A stretch of 38,758 nucleotides of DNA from a virus (Duplodnaviria > Heunggongvirae > Uroviricota > Caudoviricetes), in the IMG/VR virus record IMGVR_UViG_2541047683_000001; one strand, written 5' to 3'. The position numbers were made by a program, and so were the translations under genes. Each line of letters begins with the position of its first letter. The stretch's first letter is position 1. Of the stretch, positions 24,832-34,015 are shown in pieces. The notes below the pieces were generated by a model that made no database searches, had not been told where the DNA came from, and worked only from the letters and a program-made list of their open reading frames with translations.

Positions 24832-26333
24832 GCACAAAATTTTATACCCTGCTGACGGATATTGGCGCGGCGAAACTTGCCAGCGCCGCCGCGCTCGGTG
24901 TGCCGCTAAAAATTACCTATATGGCGGTGGGCGATGGCGGTGGAGTATTGCCAACGCCGGACGCAAAGCAGACGGCACTGGTAAATGAGAAACGCCGGGC
25001 TGCGCTGAATATGCTTTATATCGACCCGCAGAACAGCAGCCAGATTATTGCCGAACAGGTGATCCCTGAAAACGAGGGCGGTTGGTGGATACGTGAAGTG
25101 GGCTTGTTTGATGAGTCCGGGGCATTGATTGCTGTGGGCAACTGCCCGGAAAGCTATAAGCCGCAACTGGCTGAAGGTAGCGGGCGCACTCAGACCGTGC
25201 GCATGGTGCTGATTACCAGCAGCACGGACAATATCACCCTGAAAATCGACCCTGCTGTAGTGCTGGCAACCCGCAAGTATGTGGATGACAAGGCACTGGA
25301 GCTGAAGGTGTACGCGGATGATCAGATGGCAAAACATCTTGCCGCACCGGACCCGCATTCACAGTACGCGCCAAAAGCCAGCCCGACATTTACCGGAACC
25401 CCCAAAGCGCCAACGCCAGCGGCGGGGAATAATACCACGCAGGTTGCGACCACTGCGTTTGTACAGGCGGCACTGACGGCCCTTATTAATGGTGCGCCAG
25501 CCACGCTGGACACGCTGAAAGAAATAGCCGCAGCCATTAACAATGATCCGAATTTCAGTACCACCATTAACAATGCGCTGGCACTTAAAGCACCGTTGTC
25601 GAGTCCGGCACTCACCGGAACGCCAACAGCCCCCACGGCGGCGCAGTCGGTCAACAATACACAGATTGCCACTACGGCTTTTGTGAAATCGGCGATTGCA
25701 GGAATGGTGGGTTCTGCACCTGCTGCACTGGATACACTGAACGAACTGGCGGCGGCACTGGGGAATGATCCGAACTTTGCCACGACAATGCTTAATGCGC
25801 TGGCAGGTAAACAACCGCTGGACAATACGCTGACTCATTTGAGTGGAAAGGATGTAGCAGGTCTTCTCGCATACCTTGGTTTGGGAGAAGGTGCTCCAGC
25901 TATTGGCGTTCCGTTCTTCTGGCCCTCCGCTGCAATGCCAAATTCTGTCATCGACAGCTGGTCCGGTATGGTGTTTTTGAAGTTCAACGGCGCGAAATTC
26001 TCTGCCACTGATTATCCTGTGCTGGCGAAAGTGTTTCCTTCGCTGGTATTACCTGAAGCCCGCGGTGATTTCATTCGTATCTGGGATGACGGGCGAGGTG
26101 CAGACGGTGGTCGCGAATTATTAAGCTGGCAGGCAGCTACAAACTTTTCTCAGTTTGCCGGGAATATAGGCGAAGGTGCGGGACACGCAATTAACTTTCA
26201 TGATGGCATCGCCGGAAATCAGCCAGGATTTTCACGATTTAATTTCACCAGTAACTCTGTGGGTGATGGTGTGAATTTTGTTGCTGTCAGACCGCGAAAT
26301 ATTGCATTTAACTTTCTGGTGAGGGCTAAATAA
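24828..26333 (+). CDS. H: tail fibre protein (P2 gpH-like)
   Basis: Conserved fibre N-terminus MSTKFYTLLTDIGAAKLA; internal fibre repeats; followed by tail fibre assembly gene. Confidence 0.9.
   Translation: MSTKFYTLLTDIGAAKLASAAALGVPLKITYMAVGDGGGVLPTPDAKQTALVNEKRRAALNMLYIDPQNSSQIIAEQVIPENEGGWWIREVGLFDESGALIAVGNCPESYKPQLAEGSGRTQTVRMVLITSSTDNITLKIDPAVVLATRKYVDDKALELKVYADDQMAKHLAAPDPHSQYAPKASPTFTGTPKAPTPAAGNNTTQVATTAFVQAALTALINGAPATLDTLKEIAAAINNDPNFSTTINNALALKAPLSSPALTGTPTAPTAAQSVNNTQIATTAFVKSAIAGMVGSAPAALDTLNELAAALGNDPNFATTMLNALAGKQPLDNTLTHLSGKDVAGLLAYLGLGEGAPAIGVPFFWPSAAMPNSVIDSWSGMVFLKFNGAKFSATDYPVLAKVFPSLVLPEARGDFIRIWDDGRGADGGRELLSWQAATNFSQFAGNIGEGAGHAINFHDGIAGNQPGFSRFNFTSNSVGDGVNFVAVRPRNIAFNFLVRAK
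25377..25820 (+). repeat. two tandem 222-bp (74-aa) repeats inside tail fibre gene H
   Basis: Protein repeats aa 184-257 and 258-331 share the pattern P.FTGTP.AP....N.TQ.ATTAFV..A.......AP..LDTL.E.AAA..NDPNF.TT..NALA.K.PL. Confidence 0.6.
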
Positions 26334-26926
26334 TGAAACCTGTTTTTGATGAAAATGGGCTGGCTACAGTGCCGGGCGATATGCGTTGTTTTTATTATGA
26401 TGCTGAAACATCTGAGTATACGGGCTGGTCTGATGAATATATTAATACTGGCGTAAGTATGCCCGCCTGTTCCACTGGTATTGACCCTGGCGAAAACATT
26501 CCGGGAAAAGTAGCAGTATTTACGGGTAAGGGATGGAGCCATGAAGAAGACCATCGCAATGAGACCGTTTACTCAACTGAAAATGGCGCAGCTGTTACAG
26601 TGGATTATATCGGTGCCATCAAAGACGGTTATGTCACGCTTTCACCGTTAACGCCATACGATAAATGGGATGGTGAGAAATGGGTGACGGATACCGAGGC
26701 ACAGCATAGCGCCGCAGTAGAAGCGGCAGAAGCACAGCGCCAGTCGCTGATTGATGCTGCAATGGCTTCCATCAGTCTGATTCAACTGAAATTACAGGCC
26801 GGACGGAAGTTGACGCAGGCAGAAACAACCCGACTTAACGCCGTGCTGGATTACATTGACGCGGTGGCGGCAACAGATACCAGCACCGCGCCGGATGTCA
26901 TCTGGCCTGAACTGCCGGAGGCGTAG
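26333..26926 (+). CDS. G: tail fibre assembly protein (P2 gpG / Tfa-like)
   Basis: 197 aa with Tfa-type C-terminus VDTSTAPDVIWPELP; TAATG coupling with H. Confidence 0.85.
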   Translation: MKPVFDENGLATVPGDMRCFYYDAETSEYTGWSDEYINTGVSMPACSTGIDPGENIPGKVAVFTGKGWSHEEDHRNETVYSTENGAAVTVDYIGAIKDGYVTLSPLTPYDKWDGEKWVTDTEAQHSAAVEAAEAQRQSLIDAAMASISLIQLKLQAGRKLTQAETTRLNAVLDYIDAVAATDTSTAPDVIWPELPEA

Positions 26927-27125
26927 GCCATTCAATATCTGGTGCACTGGAAGTATCGACCAGTTCCAGTGCGTCCAGGTAATCCAGCCACAAATTATAT
27001 TGTGCCAGTTCCTCACCTTTCAGACAACCAATAGCTGCTTTGCCAGGCCATTGCTTACTGTTTATAAACTCATTAGCCCAGTCTATTCGCAGCTGTTTCT
27101 CTGCTTCGGCAGCAATAACAATCTC
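26898..27125 (-). pseudogene. inverted 3' fragment of a second tail fibre assembly gene (remnant of invertible fibre segment)
   Basis: Minus-strand ORF ends LWLDYLDALELVDTSSAPDIEWPTPP (Tfa C-terminus), tail-to-tail with G and overlapping it by about 29 nt; N-terminal part replaced by AT-rich sequence from about 27126. Confidence 0.6.
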
Positions 27126-27169
27126 ATATAAATGAAACTGATAAGTTTTTATTAAAAGTAAGATGGATA

Positions 27170-27192
27170 CCACCATTTAATATAAATGGTGG
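27170..27192 (-). terminator. hairpin immediately downstream of the 290-aa cargo gene
   Basis: CCACCATTT(aatat)AAATGGTGG perfect 9-bp stem right after stop at 27200 on the minus strand, followed by a T-rich tract. Confidence 0.4.
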
Positions 27193-27199
27193 TTCACAG

Positions 27200-28072
27200 T
27201 TAACTAGCGTGTAATAAGTTGAACAGGTTTTTAGTTACTTCGTTTTTAGTACTAAAAAACATATCTTTAAGGTCAGGTAATGCAAAGAGAGCATTTGGGG
27301 CATTCGGTACAACAATAGGAGGTTCATATCCGTTGTCATACATTTTCTTTAAAGCGGCTACTATTTTTTTCTGATTTCGATTGAATTCATTCATGTCAAT
27401 AAAAATTTCTCCAGATAGTGTCCCGTCATCTTCACGTAGTATCGCTGGTTTGACACGACATATCTGATCCATTTCTCCAGTAGAAAAACCGGCAATCGCT
27501 GCATTAAATAACAAAGATGAAGTAGCCCATTTTTCATATAGTTTTTTGATAGCCATGCTTCTGATTTTTTTATCGTTGATATATCCAATGCCACTGGCCA
27601 AAACTTCGGTTAATGGATTTTCCCCGCGAGTTACTCCAGACCAATAGTTGTGCATCCAGGGCGCATTTTGCTCAAGTGGAGAGCCGAGATAATCAGTGAT
27701 CCACTCTGAATCCACCTCTGTAAAGTTCAAACCATGAAAATCAATTTCTGCAATAGTATTTTTATAGTTTTGATTTAAACTCCAACGGTCGATTGCTATT
27801 TCAGCCATTTCTTTTGTTTTGAATAGGTATATTCCGGTTAGGCGGGAAACCTTATCTCTGAAATTGTCTGAGCGAACCTTTTCAAGAGCTAACTCATTTT
27901 GTAATTTTTCATTGTGATTATCTGATAAGTATTTCCTTACTAGATTGTAGAACCAAATAGATACTCCAAACTCACTTTTATAGCAAATTGATTCAATTCT
28001 TCCTATTGCAACCTCCCAGGCAACAATTGGATTATTTAAATTTAAGTAAGCATATAGTTTTCTCTGTTCCAT
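27200..28072 (-). CDS. hypothetical 290-aa protein, AT-rich cargo at the tail fibre/invertase locus (candidate defence or exclusion gene)
   Basis: Track ORF 27200..28171; ATG 28072 with AAGGAAA RBS (upstream extension is AT-rich and RBS-less); globular-looking, not fibre-like; no motif I recognise. Confidence 0.6.
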   Translation of the reverse strand: MEQRKLYAYLNLNNPIVAWEVAIGRIESICYKSEFGVSIWFYNLVRKYLSDNHNEKLQNELALEKVRSDNFRDKVSRLTGIYLFKTKEMAEIAIDRWSLNQNYKNTIAEIDFHGLNFTEVDSEWITDYLGSPLEQNAPWMHNYWSGVTRGENPLTEVLASGIGYINDKKIRSMAIKKLYEKWATSSLLFNAAIAGFSTGEMDQICRVKPAILREDDGTLSGEIFIDMNEFNRNQKKIVAALKKMYDNGYEPPIVVPNAPNALFALPDLKDMFFSTKNEVTKNLFNLLHAS

Positions 28073-28209
28073 TTTTATTTTCCTTATAGATGCTATGAAG
28101 GTTATTATTACATAAATGTTCGATAAATATTTTAAAGTTTTAACTATGTTTCGGTGGCAATAAATATACATTACAAGTGAAATTTATCAAGATAACAAAA
28201 GGATAGCTA

Positions 28210-28614
28210 ATGCTAATAGGCTATGTACTCGTGTCAACAAATGACCAGAACACCGAGCTGTAACTCTTTATGCTGACAGAAGAGTTGCGCCAGCATGGTG
28301 TGAATTTTAGAAGCCTGACTGACAGTATTGATACCAGTACCCCAATGGGCCGTTTCTTTTTTCATGTCACGGGTGCCCTGGCTGAAATGGAACGCGAACT
28401 GATAGTTGAACGTACCAGGGCGGGGCTTGCTGCAGCTCGCGCCAAAGGCAGAGTAGGTGGACGCCGTCCTAAGTTGACCACCGAACAGTGGGCACAGATT
28501 GGGCGTTTACTCGAGGCCGGAGAATCAAGACAGCGTATTGCACTGATTTTTGATGTGGGTGTTTCCACAATTTATAGAAAATTTCCGCCAAATAAGAGCA
28601 ATGAATCCCCCTGA
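28210..28614 (+). pseudogene. serine DNA invertase (Pin/Gin/Hin family) inactivated by in-frame internal deletion with stop codon
   Basis: N-terminus MLIGYVLVSTNDQNTEL then TAA at 28261, continuing in frame with EELRQHGVNFRSLTDSIDTSTPMGRFFFHVTGALAEMERELI...GRRPKLT (C-terminal two-thirds of an invertase); about 65 catalytic-domain codons missing; R-to-L change in GYVRVS motif. Confidence 0.8.
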
Positions 28615-28662
28615 ATCAGCATAATTTTGATTATCCCTGCAAGCAGACAAATACCGTCATTT

Positions 28663-28680
28663 TGTGTGAATAACGGTACA
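28663..28680. promoter_or_regulatory. Ogr-type late activator site TGTGTGAATAACGGTACA upstream of FI
   Basis: TGT-N12-ACA about 77 bp upstream of FI ATG. Confidence 0.55.
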
Positions 28681-28756
28681 ACTGCGCTTAGCTGTTTGTC
28701 AGGCACAATCACTTCAACATAGGGCGAAGCCTAATCCAATCAGGAGGTTCGCCACT

Positions 28757-29929
28757 ATGGCTCAGGATTACCACCACGGGGTGCGTGTTGTTGAAGTCAA
28801 CGAAGGCACCCGATCCATTACCACGGTGAGCACCGCCATCGTGGGTATGGTCTGCACGGGCGATGATGCCGATGCAAAAATGTTTCCTCTTAATAAACCT
28901 GTGCTGATCACTGATGTGCTGACTGCAAGCGGTAAAGCGGGTGAGTCCGGCACATTGGCCCGCTCGTTGGATGCCATCGCTGACCAGGCAAAACCCGTGA
29001 CCGTTGTTGTGCGTGTACCGCAGGGTGAAACGGAAGAAGAAACCACGACCAATATCATCGGCGCAGTGACTGCTGAAGGTAAAAAAACAGGTATGAAAGC
29101 CCTGTTATCTGCCCAGTCCCAGCTCGGCGTTAAACCGCGTATTCTCGGCGTGCCAGGCCACGACACCAAGGCGGTAGCTACTGAGTTGCTGAGCGTGGCG
29201 CAAAGCCTGCGTGGGTTTGCTTACCTGTCAGCGTATGGCTGCAAGACAGTGCAGGAGGCGATCACTTACCGCGAAAACTTCAGCCAGCGCGAAGGGATGC
29301 TGATCTGGCCTGACTTTACTGGCTGGGACACGGTACTGAATGCCGAAGCAACGGCATATGCCACCGCCCGTGCGCTCGGTCTGCGCGCCAAAATTGATGA
29401 GCAGACTGGATGGCACAAAAGCCTGTCCAACGTGGGCGTGAACGGTGTCACCGGAATTTCTGCTGATGTGTTCTGGGATCTGCAGGACCCGGCAACCGAT
29501 GCAGGTCTGCTGAACCAGAACGACGTCACCACGCTTGTGCGCAAGGATGGTTTTCGCTTCTGGGGTTCCCGCTGTCTGAGCGATGATCCGCTCTTTGCCT
29601 TCGAAAACTACACCCGCACGGCGCAGGTGCTGATGGACACGATGGCAGAAGCACACATGTGGGCGGTGGATAAACCGCTTAACCCGTCGCTGGCCCGCGA
29701 CATTATCGAGGGTATCCGCGCCAAAATGCGCAGCCTGGTCAGTCAGGGCTATCTCATTGGTGGTGATTGCTGGCTGGATGAGTCGGTGAACGACAAAGAC
29801 ACGCTGAAAGCCGGAAAACTTACCATCGACTACGACTACACGCCAGTGCCGCCACTTGAAAACCTGATGCTGCGTCAGCGCATCACCGATCAGTACCTGG
29901 TGAATTTCGCCAGCCAGGTCAGCGCGTAA
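28757..29929 (+). CDS. FI: tail sheath protein (P2 gpFI-like)
   Basis: 390-aa ORF; AGGAGG RBS; gpFI-like sequence and position. Confidence 0.95.
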   Translation: MAQDYHHGVRVVEVNEGTRSITTVSTAIVGMVCTGDDADAKMFPLNKPVLITDVLTASGKAGESGTLARSLDAIADQAKPVTVVVRVPQGETEEETTTNIIGAVTAEGKKTGMKALLSAQSQLGVKPRILGVPGHDTKAVATELLSVAQSLRGFAYLSAYGCKTVQEAITYRENFSQREGMLIWPDFTGWDTVLNAEATAYATARALGLRAKIDEQTGWHKSLSNVGVNGVTGISADVFWDLQDPATDAGLLNQNDVTTLVRKDGFRFWGSRCLSDDPLFAFENYTRTAQVLMDTMAEAHMWAVDKPLNPSLARDIIEGIRAKMRSLVSQGYLIGGDCWLDESVNDKDTLKAGKLTIDYDYTPVPPLENLMLRQRITDQYLVNFASQVSA

Positions 29930-29938
29930 GGGGACAAC

Positions 29939-30454
29939 ATGGCTTTACCACGCAAATTAAAACACCTGAACCTGTTTAATGACGGGAACAACTGGCAGGG
30001 GATCGTTGAGTCGCTGACGCTGCCGAAATTCACCCGCAAATATGAGAAGTATCGCGGCGGCGGAATGCCGGGTGCAGTGGATGTGGATCTGGGGCTTGAT
30101 GACAGTGCGCTGGACACAGAATTTTCCATTGGTGGTACTGAACTGCTGCTGTTTAAACAGATGGGCAAAGCCACGGTGGATGGCATCCAGTTGCGCTTCA
30201 CCGGCTCTATCCAGCGTGACGATACCGGAGAAGTGCAGGCCGTGGAACTTGTGGTGCGTGGACGTCACAAAGAAGTGGATTCCGGCGAGTGGAAGACGGG
30301 CGAAAGCAACACCACCAAAGTGACCAGTACCAACAGCTACGTGAAGCTGACTATCAATGGTGAGGTGCTCTATGAAGTGGACCTTATCAACATGGTGGAA
30401 ATTGTGGACGGTGTGGACCTGATGGAAGCGCACCGCAACGCCCTCGGCCTCTGA
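29939..30454 (+). CDS. FII: tail tube protein (P2 gpFII-like)
   Basis: 171-aa ORF after sheath; gpFII-like length and position. Confidence 0.9.
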   Translation: MALPRKLKHLNLFNDGNNWQGIVESLTLPKFTRKYEKYRGGGMPGAVDVDLGLDDSALDTEFSIGGTELLLFKQMGKATVDGIQLRFTGSIQRDDTGEVQAVELVVRGRHKEVDSGEWKTGESNTTKVTSTNSYVKLTINGEVLYEVDLINMVEIVDGVDLMEAHRNALGL

Positions 30455-30508
30455 TGTATCTGAACGGCGCGGAATGCCGCGCCAGAACCCAATTTACAGG
30501 ACAGCAAA

Positions 30509-30811
30509 ATGAGTGATAAGCAGACTGAAAAGACCATTCAACTGGATACCCCCATCAAGCGCGGTAAAACAGAAATCACCGAAATTGTGCTGCGTAAACC
30601 GCAGTCCGGTGCGCTGCGCGGTACACGCCTGCAGGCCATTATGGATATGGATGTGAACGCGATGATGACCGTGATCCCCCGCATCTCCAGTCCGGCACTG
30701 ACTGCACAGGAAATTGTAGAGATGGACCCGGCAGATCTCACTGCCATGTCGGTTGAGGTTGTCACTTTTTTGTTGAAGAAGTCGGTGCTTGCCGGTTTAC
30801 CGACAGCCTGA
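30509..30811 (+). CDS. E: tail assembly chaperone (P2 gpE-like)
   Basis: 100-aa ORF upstream of tape measure gene, ends with slippery site region. Confidence 0.85.
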   Translation: MSDKQTEKTIQLDTPIKRGKTEITEIVLRKPQSGALRGTRLQAIMDMDVNAMMTVIPRISSPALTAQEIVEMDPADLTAMSVEVVTFLLKKSVLAGLPTA

Positions 30812-30945
30812 CGGTTGACGATCTGGTGGCTGATATCGCCACCATCTTTCACTGGCCGCCATCCGTTACTGACGTTATGCCGCTGACCGAAGTGCTGGAA
30901 TGGCGGTATAAAGCGATTCAGAGAAGCGGGGCCAACGATGAGTGA
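30509..30945 (+). CDS. gpE+E' fusion produced by programmed -1 ribosomal frameshift at TTTTTTG (30766..30772)
   Basis: Canonical slippery heptamer in E zero frame (ACT TTT TTG); -1 frame stays open for 57 codons (..FHWPPSVTDVMPLTEVLEWRYKAIQ..) and stops at 30943..30945, overlapping the T start. Confidence 0.65.
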
Positions 30946-33900
30946 TAATAACCTGCGCCTGCAGGTCATTCTTAATGCGGTTGACAAACTCACCCGCCCA
31001 TTCCGTGCTGCACAGGCCAGTTCGAAAGAGCTGGCTGGCGCAATCAGAAACTCCCGTGACGCATTAAAGCAACTCAATCAGGCGGGTAACAGCCTGGAAA
31101 AATTTCGCAAGCTGCAGGCCGATAACAAGAAGTTAGGCGACAGGCTGAACTATGCCAGACAGAAGGCTAATTTGCTTAGCTCTGAGCTGGAGTCGATGGA
31201 ACAACCATCACAACGGCACCTTGTGGCTTTAGGTCGGCAAACGCTGGCAGTCCAACGCCTGGAAGAACAACAAAAATATTTGCAGAAGCAAACGGCGCTT
31301 GTGCGTGCAGAACTGTACCGGGCGGGAATTTCTGCGAAAGATGATGCGGGAGCAACTGCCCGTTTAGCCCGTGAAACATCACGTTATAACCAGGAACTGT
31401 CGAAACAGGAGGCGCGGCTGAAGCGACTGGGGGAAGCTCAGCGCAGGATGAATGCAGCGCGTGCCAGTTATGCCCGTTCGCTGGAGGTGCGCGATCGCAT
31501 CGCAGGAGCTGGAGCCACCACCACGGCTGCAGGGCTGGCAATGGGGACGCCAGTGATGGCGGCAGTAAAAAGCTATACCAGCATGGAAGATGCCATGAAA
31601 GGTGTGGCAAAGCAGGTCAATGGTCTGCGTGACGATAATGGCAACCGCACTGCACGTTTTTATGAAATGCAGGATGCCATCAAGGCTGCCAGCGAACAGT
31701 TGCCGATGGAAAACGGTGCGGTGGACTTCGCTGCACTGGTTGAAGGTGGTGCGCGCATGAACGTCGCAAACCCTGACGACAGCTGGGAAGACCAGAAACG
31801 TGACCTGCTGGCCTTCGCCAGTACGGCAGCAAAGGCGGCAACAGCCTTTGAGCTGCCAGCGGATGAACTGTCAGAAAGTCTGGGGAAAATCGCCCAGCTC
31901 TACAAAATACCTACCCGCAATATTGAACAGCTCGGCGATGCGCTGAACTATCTGGATGATAACGCCATGTCGAAAGGGGCGGACATCATTGATGTGATGC
32001 AACGTCTGGGCGGTGTGGCTGACCGTCTGGATTATCGTAAAGCGGCGGCACTGGGGTCCACCTTTCTGACACTGGGCGCTGCGCCGGAGGTTGCAGCCAG
32101 TGCAGCAAACGCGATGGTGCGTGAATTGTCCATTGCCACCATGCAAAGCAAGAGTTTCTTTGAAGGGATGAATCTGCTGAAACTCAATCCTGAAGTGATT
32201 GAAAAGCAGATGACGAAGGATGCGATGGGAACTATCCAGCGTGTGCTGGAGAAGGTGAACGCACTGCCGCAGGATAAACGTCTGTCTGCCATGACCATGT
32301 TGTTTGGTAAAGAGTTTGGCGATGACGCGGCGAAACTGGCAAACAACCTGCCGGAACTGCAGCGCCAGCTAAAACTGACAGCGGGCAATGATGCGCTCGG
32401 CTCCATGCAGAAAGAATCCGACATTAACAAGGACTCACTTTCTGCGCAGTGGTTGCTGGTCAAAACCGTAGCACAGAACACCTTCAGCAGCCTAGGCGAA
32501 ACGCTGCGCCAGCCGCTGATGGATATTCTGTACACGGTGAAAAGCATCACGGGGGCGTTGCGCCGCTGGGTGGAAGCTAACCCGGAACTGACAGGCACAC
32601 TGATGAAAGTAGCCGCTGTGGTGGCTGCGGTTACCGTAGGCCTCGGCACCTTAGCGGTGGCGCTGGCTGCAGTGCTGGGGCCGCTGGCAGTGATCCGTCT
32701 GGGATTCTCTGTGCTGGGTATCAAAACGTTACCTTCCGTTACGGCAGCAGTAACTCGAACCAGCAGCGCGTTGTCCTGGCTGGCTGGCGCACCACTGGCA
32801 CTGCTGCGACGCGGGCTTGCTTCATCGGGCAACGCCGCAGGTTTACTTACTGCGCCGTTGTCGTCTTTGCGCCGCACGGCATCACTGACGGGAAATGTCC
32901 TGAAAACTGTAGCAGGTGCGCCGGTTGCACTTTTGCGGTCTGGATTATCCGGTTTACGTGCTGTTGCTGTGATGTTTATGAATCCTCTGGCGGTACTGCG
33001 CGGTGGACTGGTCGGCGCAGGCACGGTGCTGCGAGTACTGGCATCTGGTCCACTGGCGATGCTGCGCGTTGCCCTGTATGCCGTATCTGGTCTGTTAGGT
33101 GCTCTGCTCAGTCCGATAGGTCTTGTGGTTACTGCACTGGCGGGCGTGGCGCTGGTTGTCTGGAAATACTGGCAACCCATCACCGCATTTCTTGGTGGCG
33201 TGGTGGAAGGATTCAAAGCGGCGGCAGGTCCCGTCAGTGCAGCATTCGAACCGCTTAAGCCCGTGTTCCAGTGGATTGGCGACAAAGTACAGGCGCTGTG
33301 GGGCTGGTTTACTAATCTGCTGACGCCCGTTAGGTCGACCTCTGCCGAACTGCAGAGTGCAGCGGCAATGGGGCGGCGATTCGGGGAGGCACTGGCGGAA
33401 GGGCTGAATATGGTCATGCATCCGCTGGACTCCCTGAAATCCGGCGTTTCCTGGTTGCTGGATAAACTCGGCATTGTCAGTAAAGAGGCCGCAAAGGCAA
33501 AACTGCCGGAAAGCGTGACGCGTCAGCAACCTGCGACGGTGAATGCAGACGGTAAAGTGATGATGCCATCGGGTGGTTTTCCATCATGGGGATATGGCTT
33601 TGCGGGGATGTATGGCAGCGGCGGGTATATCCCGCGCGGGCAGTTTGGCATCGTCGGTGAAAACGGGCCGGAAATTGTTAACGGCCCGGCAAATGTGACC
33701 AGCCGGAGAAATACAGCTGCACTGGCTGCCGTTGTTACCGGAATGATGGGCGTTGCTGCCGCGCCAGCAGAACTTCCACCGTTGCACCCTTTGGCACTTC
33801 CCGCGAAAGGTGGAGAAGCAATTGTGAGTCGCGCAGCCACTGTGCCGCCCGTTTACAGGATTGAGGCACCGACGCAGATCATCATCCAGACGCAGCCAGG

Positions 33901-34015
33901 ACAAAGTGCGCAGGATATTGCGCGGGAGGTGACCCGCCAGCTTGATGAACGTGAACGCAGGCTGAAGGCAAAAGCCAGGAGTAACTACAGCGATCAGGGG
34001 GGATACGACGCATGA
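30938..34015 (+). CDS. T: tail tape measure protein (P2 gpT-like)
   Basis: 1025-aa ORF; coiled-coil N-terminal half; repeated hydrophobic LxxLRxGL segments. Confidence 0.9.
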   Translation: MSDNNLRLQVILNAVDKLTRPFRAAQASSKELAGAIRNSRDALKQLNQAGNSLEKFRKLQADNKKLGDRLNYARQKANLLSSELESMEQPSQRHLVALGRQTLAVQRLEEQQKYLQKQTALVRAELYRAGISAKDDAGATARLARETSRYNQELSKQEARLKRLGEAQRRMNAARASYARSLEVRDRIAGAGATTTAAGLAMGTPVMAAVKSYTSMEDAMKGVAKQVNGLRDDNGNRTARFYEMQDAIKAASEQLPMENGAVDFAALVEGGARMNVANPDDSWEDQKRDLLAFASTAAKAATAFELPADELSESLGKIAQLYKIPTRNIEQLGDALNYLDDNAMSKGADIIDVMQRLGGVADRLDYRKAAALGSTFLTLGAAPEVAASAANAMVRELSIATMQSKSFFEGMNLLKLNPEVIEKQMTKDAMGTIQRVLEKVNALPQDKRLSAMTMLFGKEFGDDAAKLANNLPELQRQLKLTAGNDALGSMQKESDINKDSLSAQWLLVKTVAQNTFSSLGETLRQPLMDILYTVKSITGALRRWVEANPELTGTLMKVAAVVAAVTVGLGTLAVALAAVLGPLAVIRLGFSVLGIKTLPSVTAAVTRTSSALSWLAGAPLALLRRGLASSGNAAGLLTAPLSSLRRTASLTGNVLKTVAGAPVALLRSGLSGLRAVAVMFMNPLAVLRGGLVGAGTVLRVLASGPLAMLRVALYAVSGLLGALLSPIGLVVTALAGVALVVWKYWQPITAFLGGVVEGFKAAAGPVSAAFEPLKPVFQWIGDKVQALWGWFTNLLTPVRSTSAELQSAAAMGRRFGEALAEGLNMVMHPLDSLKSGVSWLLDKLGIVSKEAAKAKLPESVTRQQPATVNADGKVMMPSGGFPSWGYGFAGMYGSGGYIPRGQFGIVGENGPEIVNGPANVTSRRNTAALAAVVTGMMGVAAAPAELPPLHPLALPAKGGEAIVSRAATVPPVYRIEAPTQIIIQTQPGQSAQDIAREVTRQLDERERRLKAKARSNYSDQGGYDA

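Noticed and set aside
25322-25838. Minus-strand ORFs of 159-167 aa inside tail fibre gene H
   Set aside because: Antisense to the fibre repeat region; artefact of repetitive GC-rich sequence
27200-28171. Possibility that the AT-rich ORF is an alternative tail fibre C-terminal (variable) domain of the inversion segment
   Set aside because: It has its own RBS and start, lacks fibre-like Gly/Thr/Ser/Ala-rich repeats, and differs strongly in base composition from H; more consistent with unrelated cargo
30466-30483. GC-rich hairpin GGCGCGG(aatg)CCGCGCC after FII as a terminator
   Set aside because: No downstream U-tract and it sits inside the tail operon; possibly an RNA-stabilising or attenuating structure, but not called
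32032-33474. 480-aa minus-strand ORF and other antisense/alternative-frame ORFs inside the tape measure gene
   Set aside because: Lies entirely within the tape measure gene; Ser/Pro/Ala/Arg-rich low-complexity translation typical of a wrong frame in GC-rich DNA
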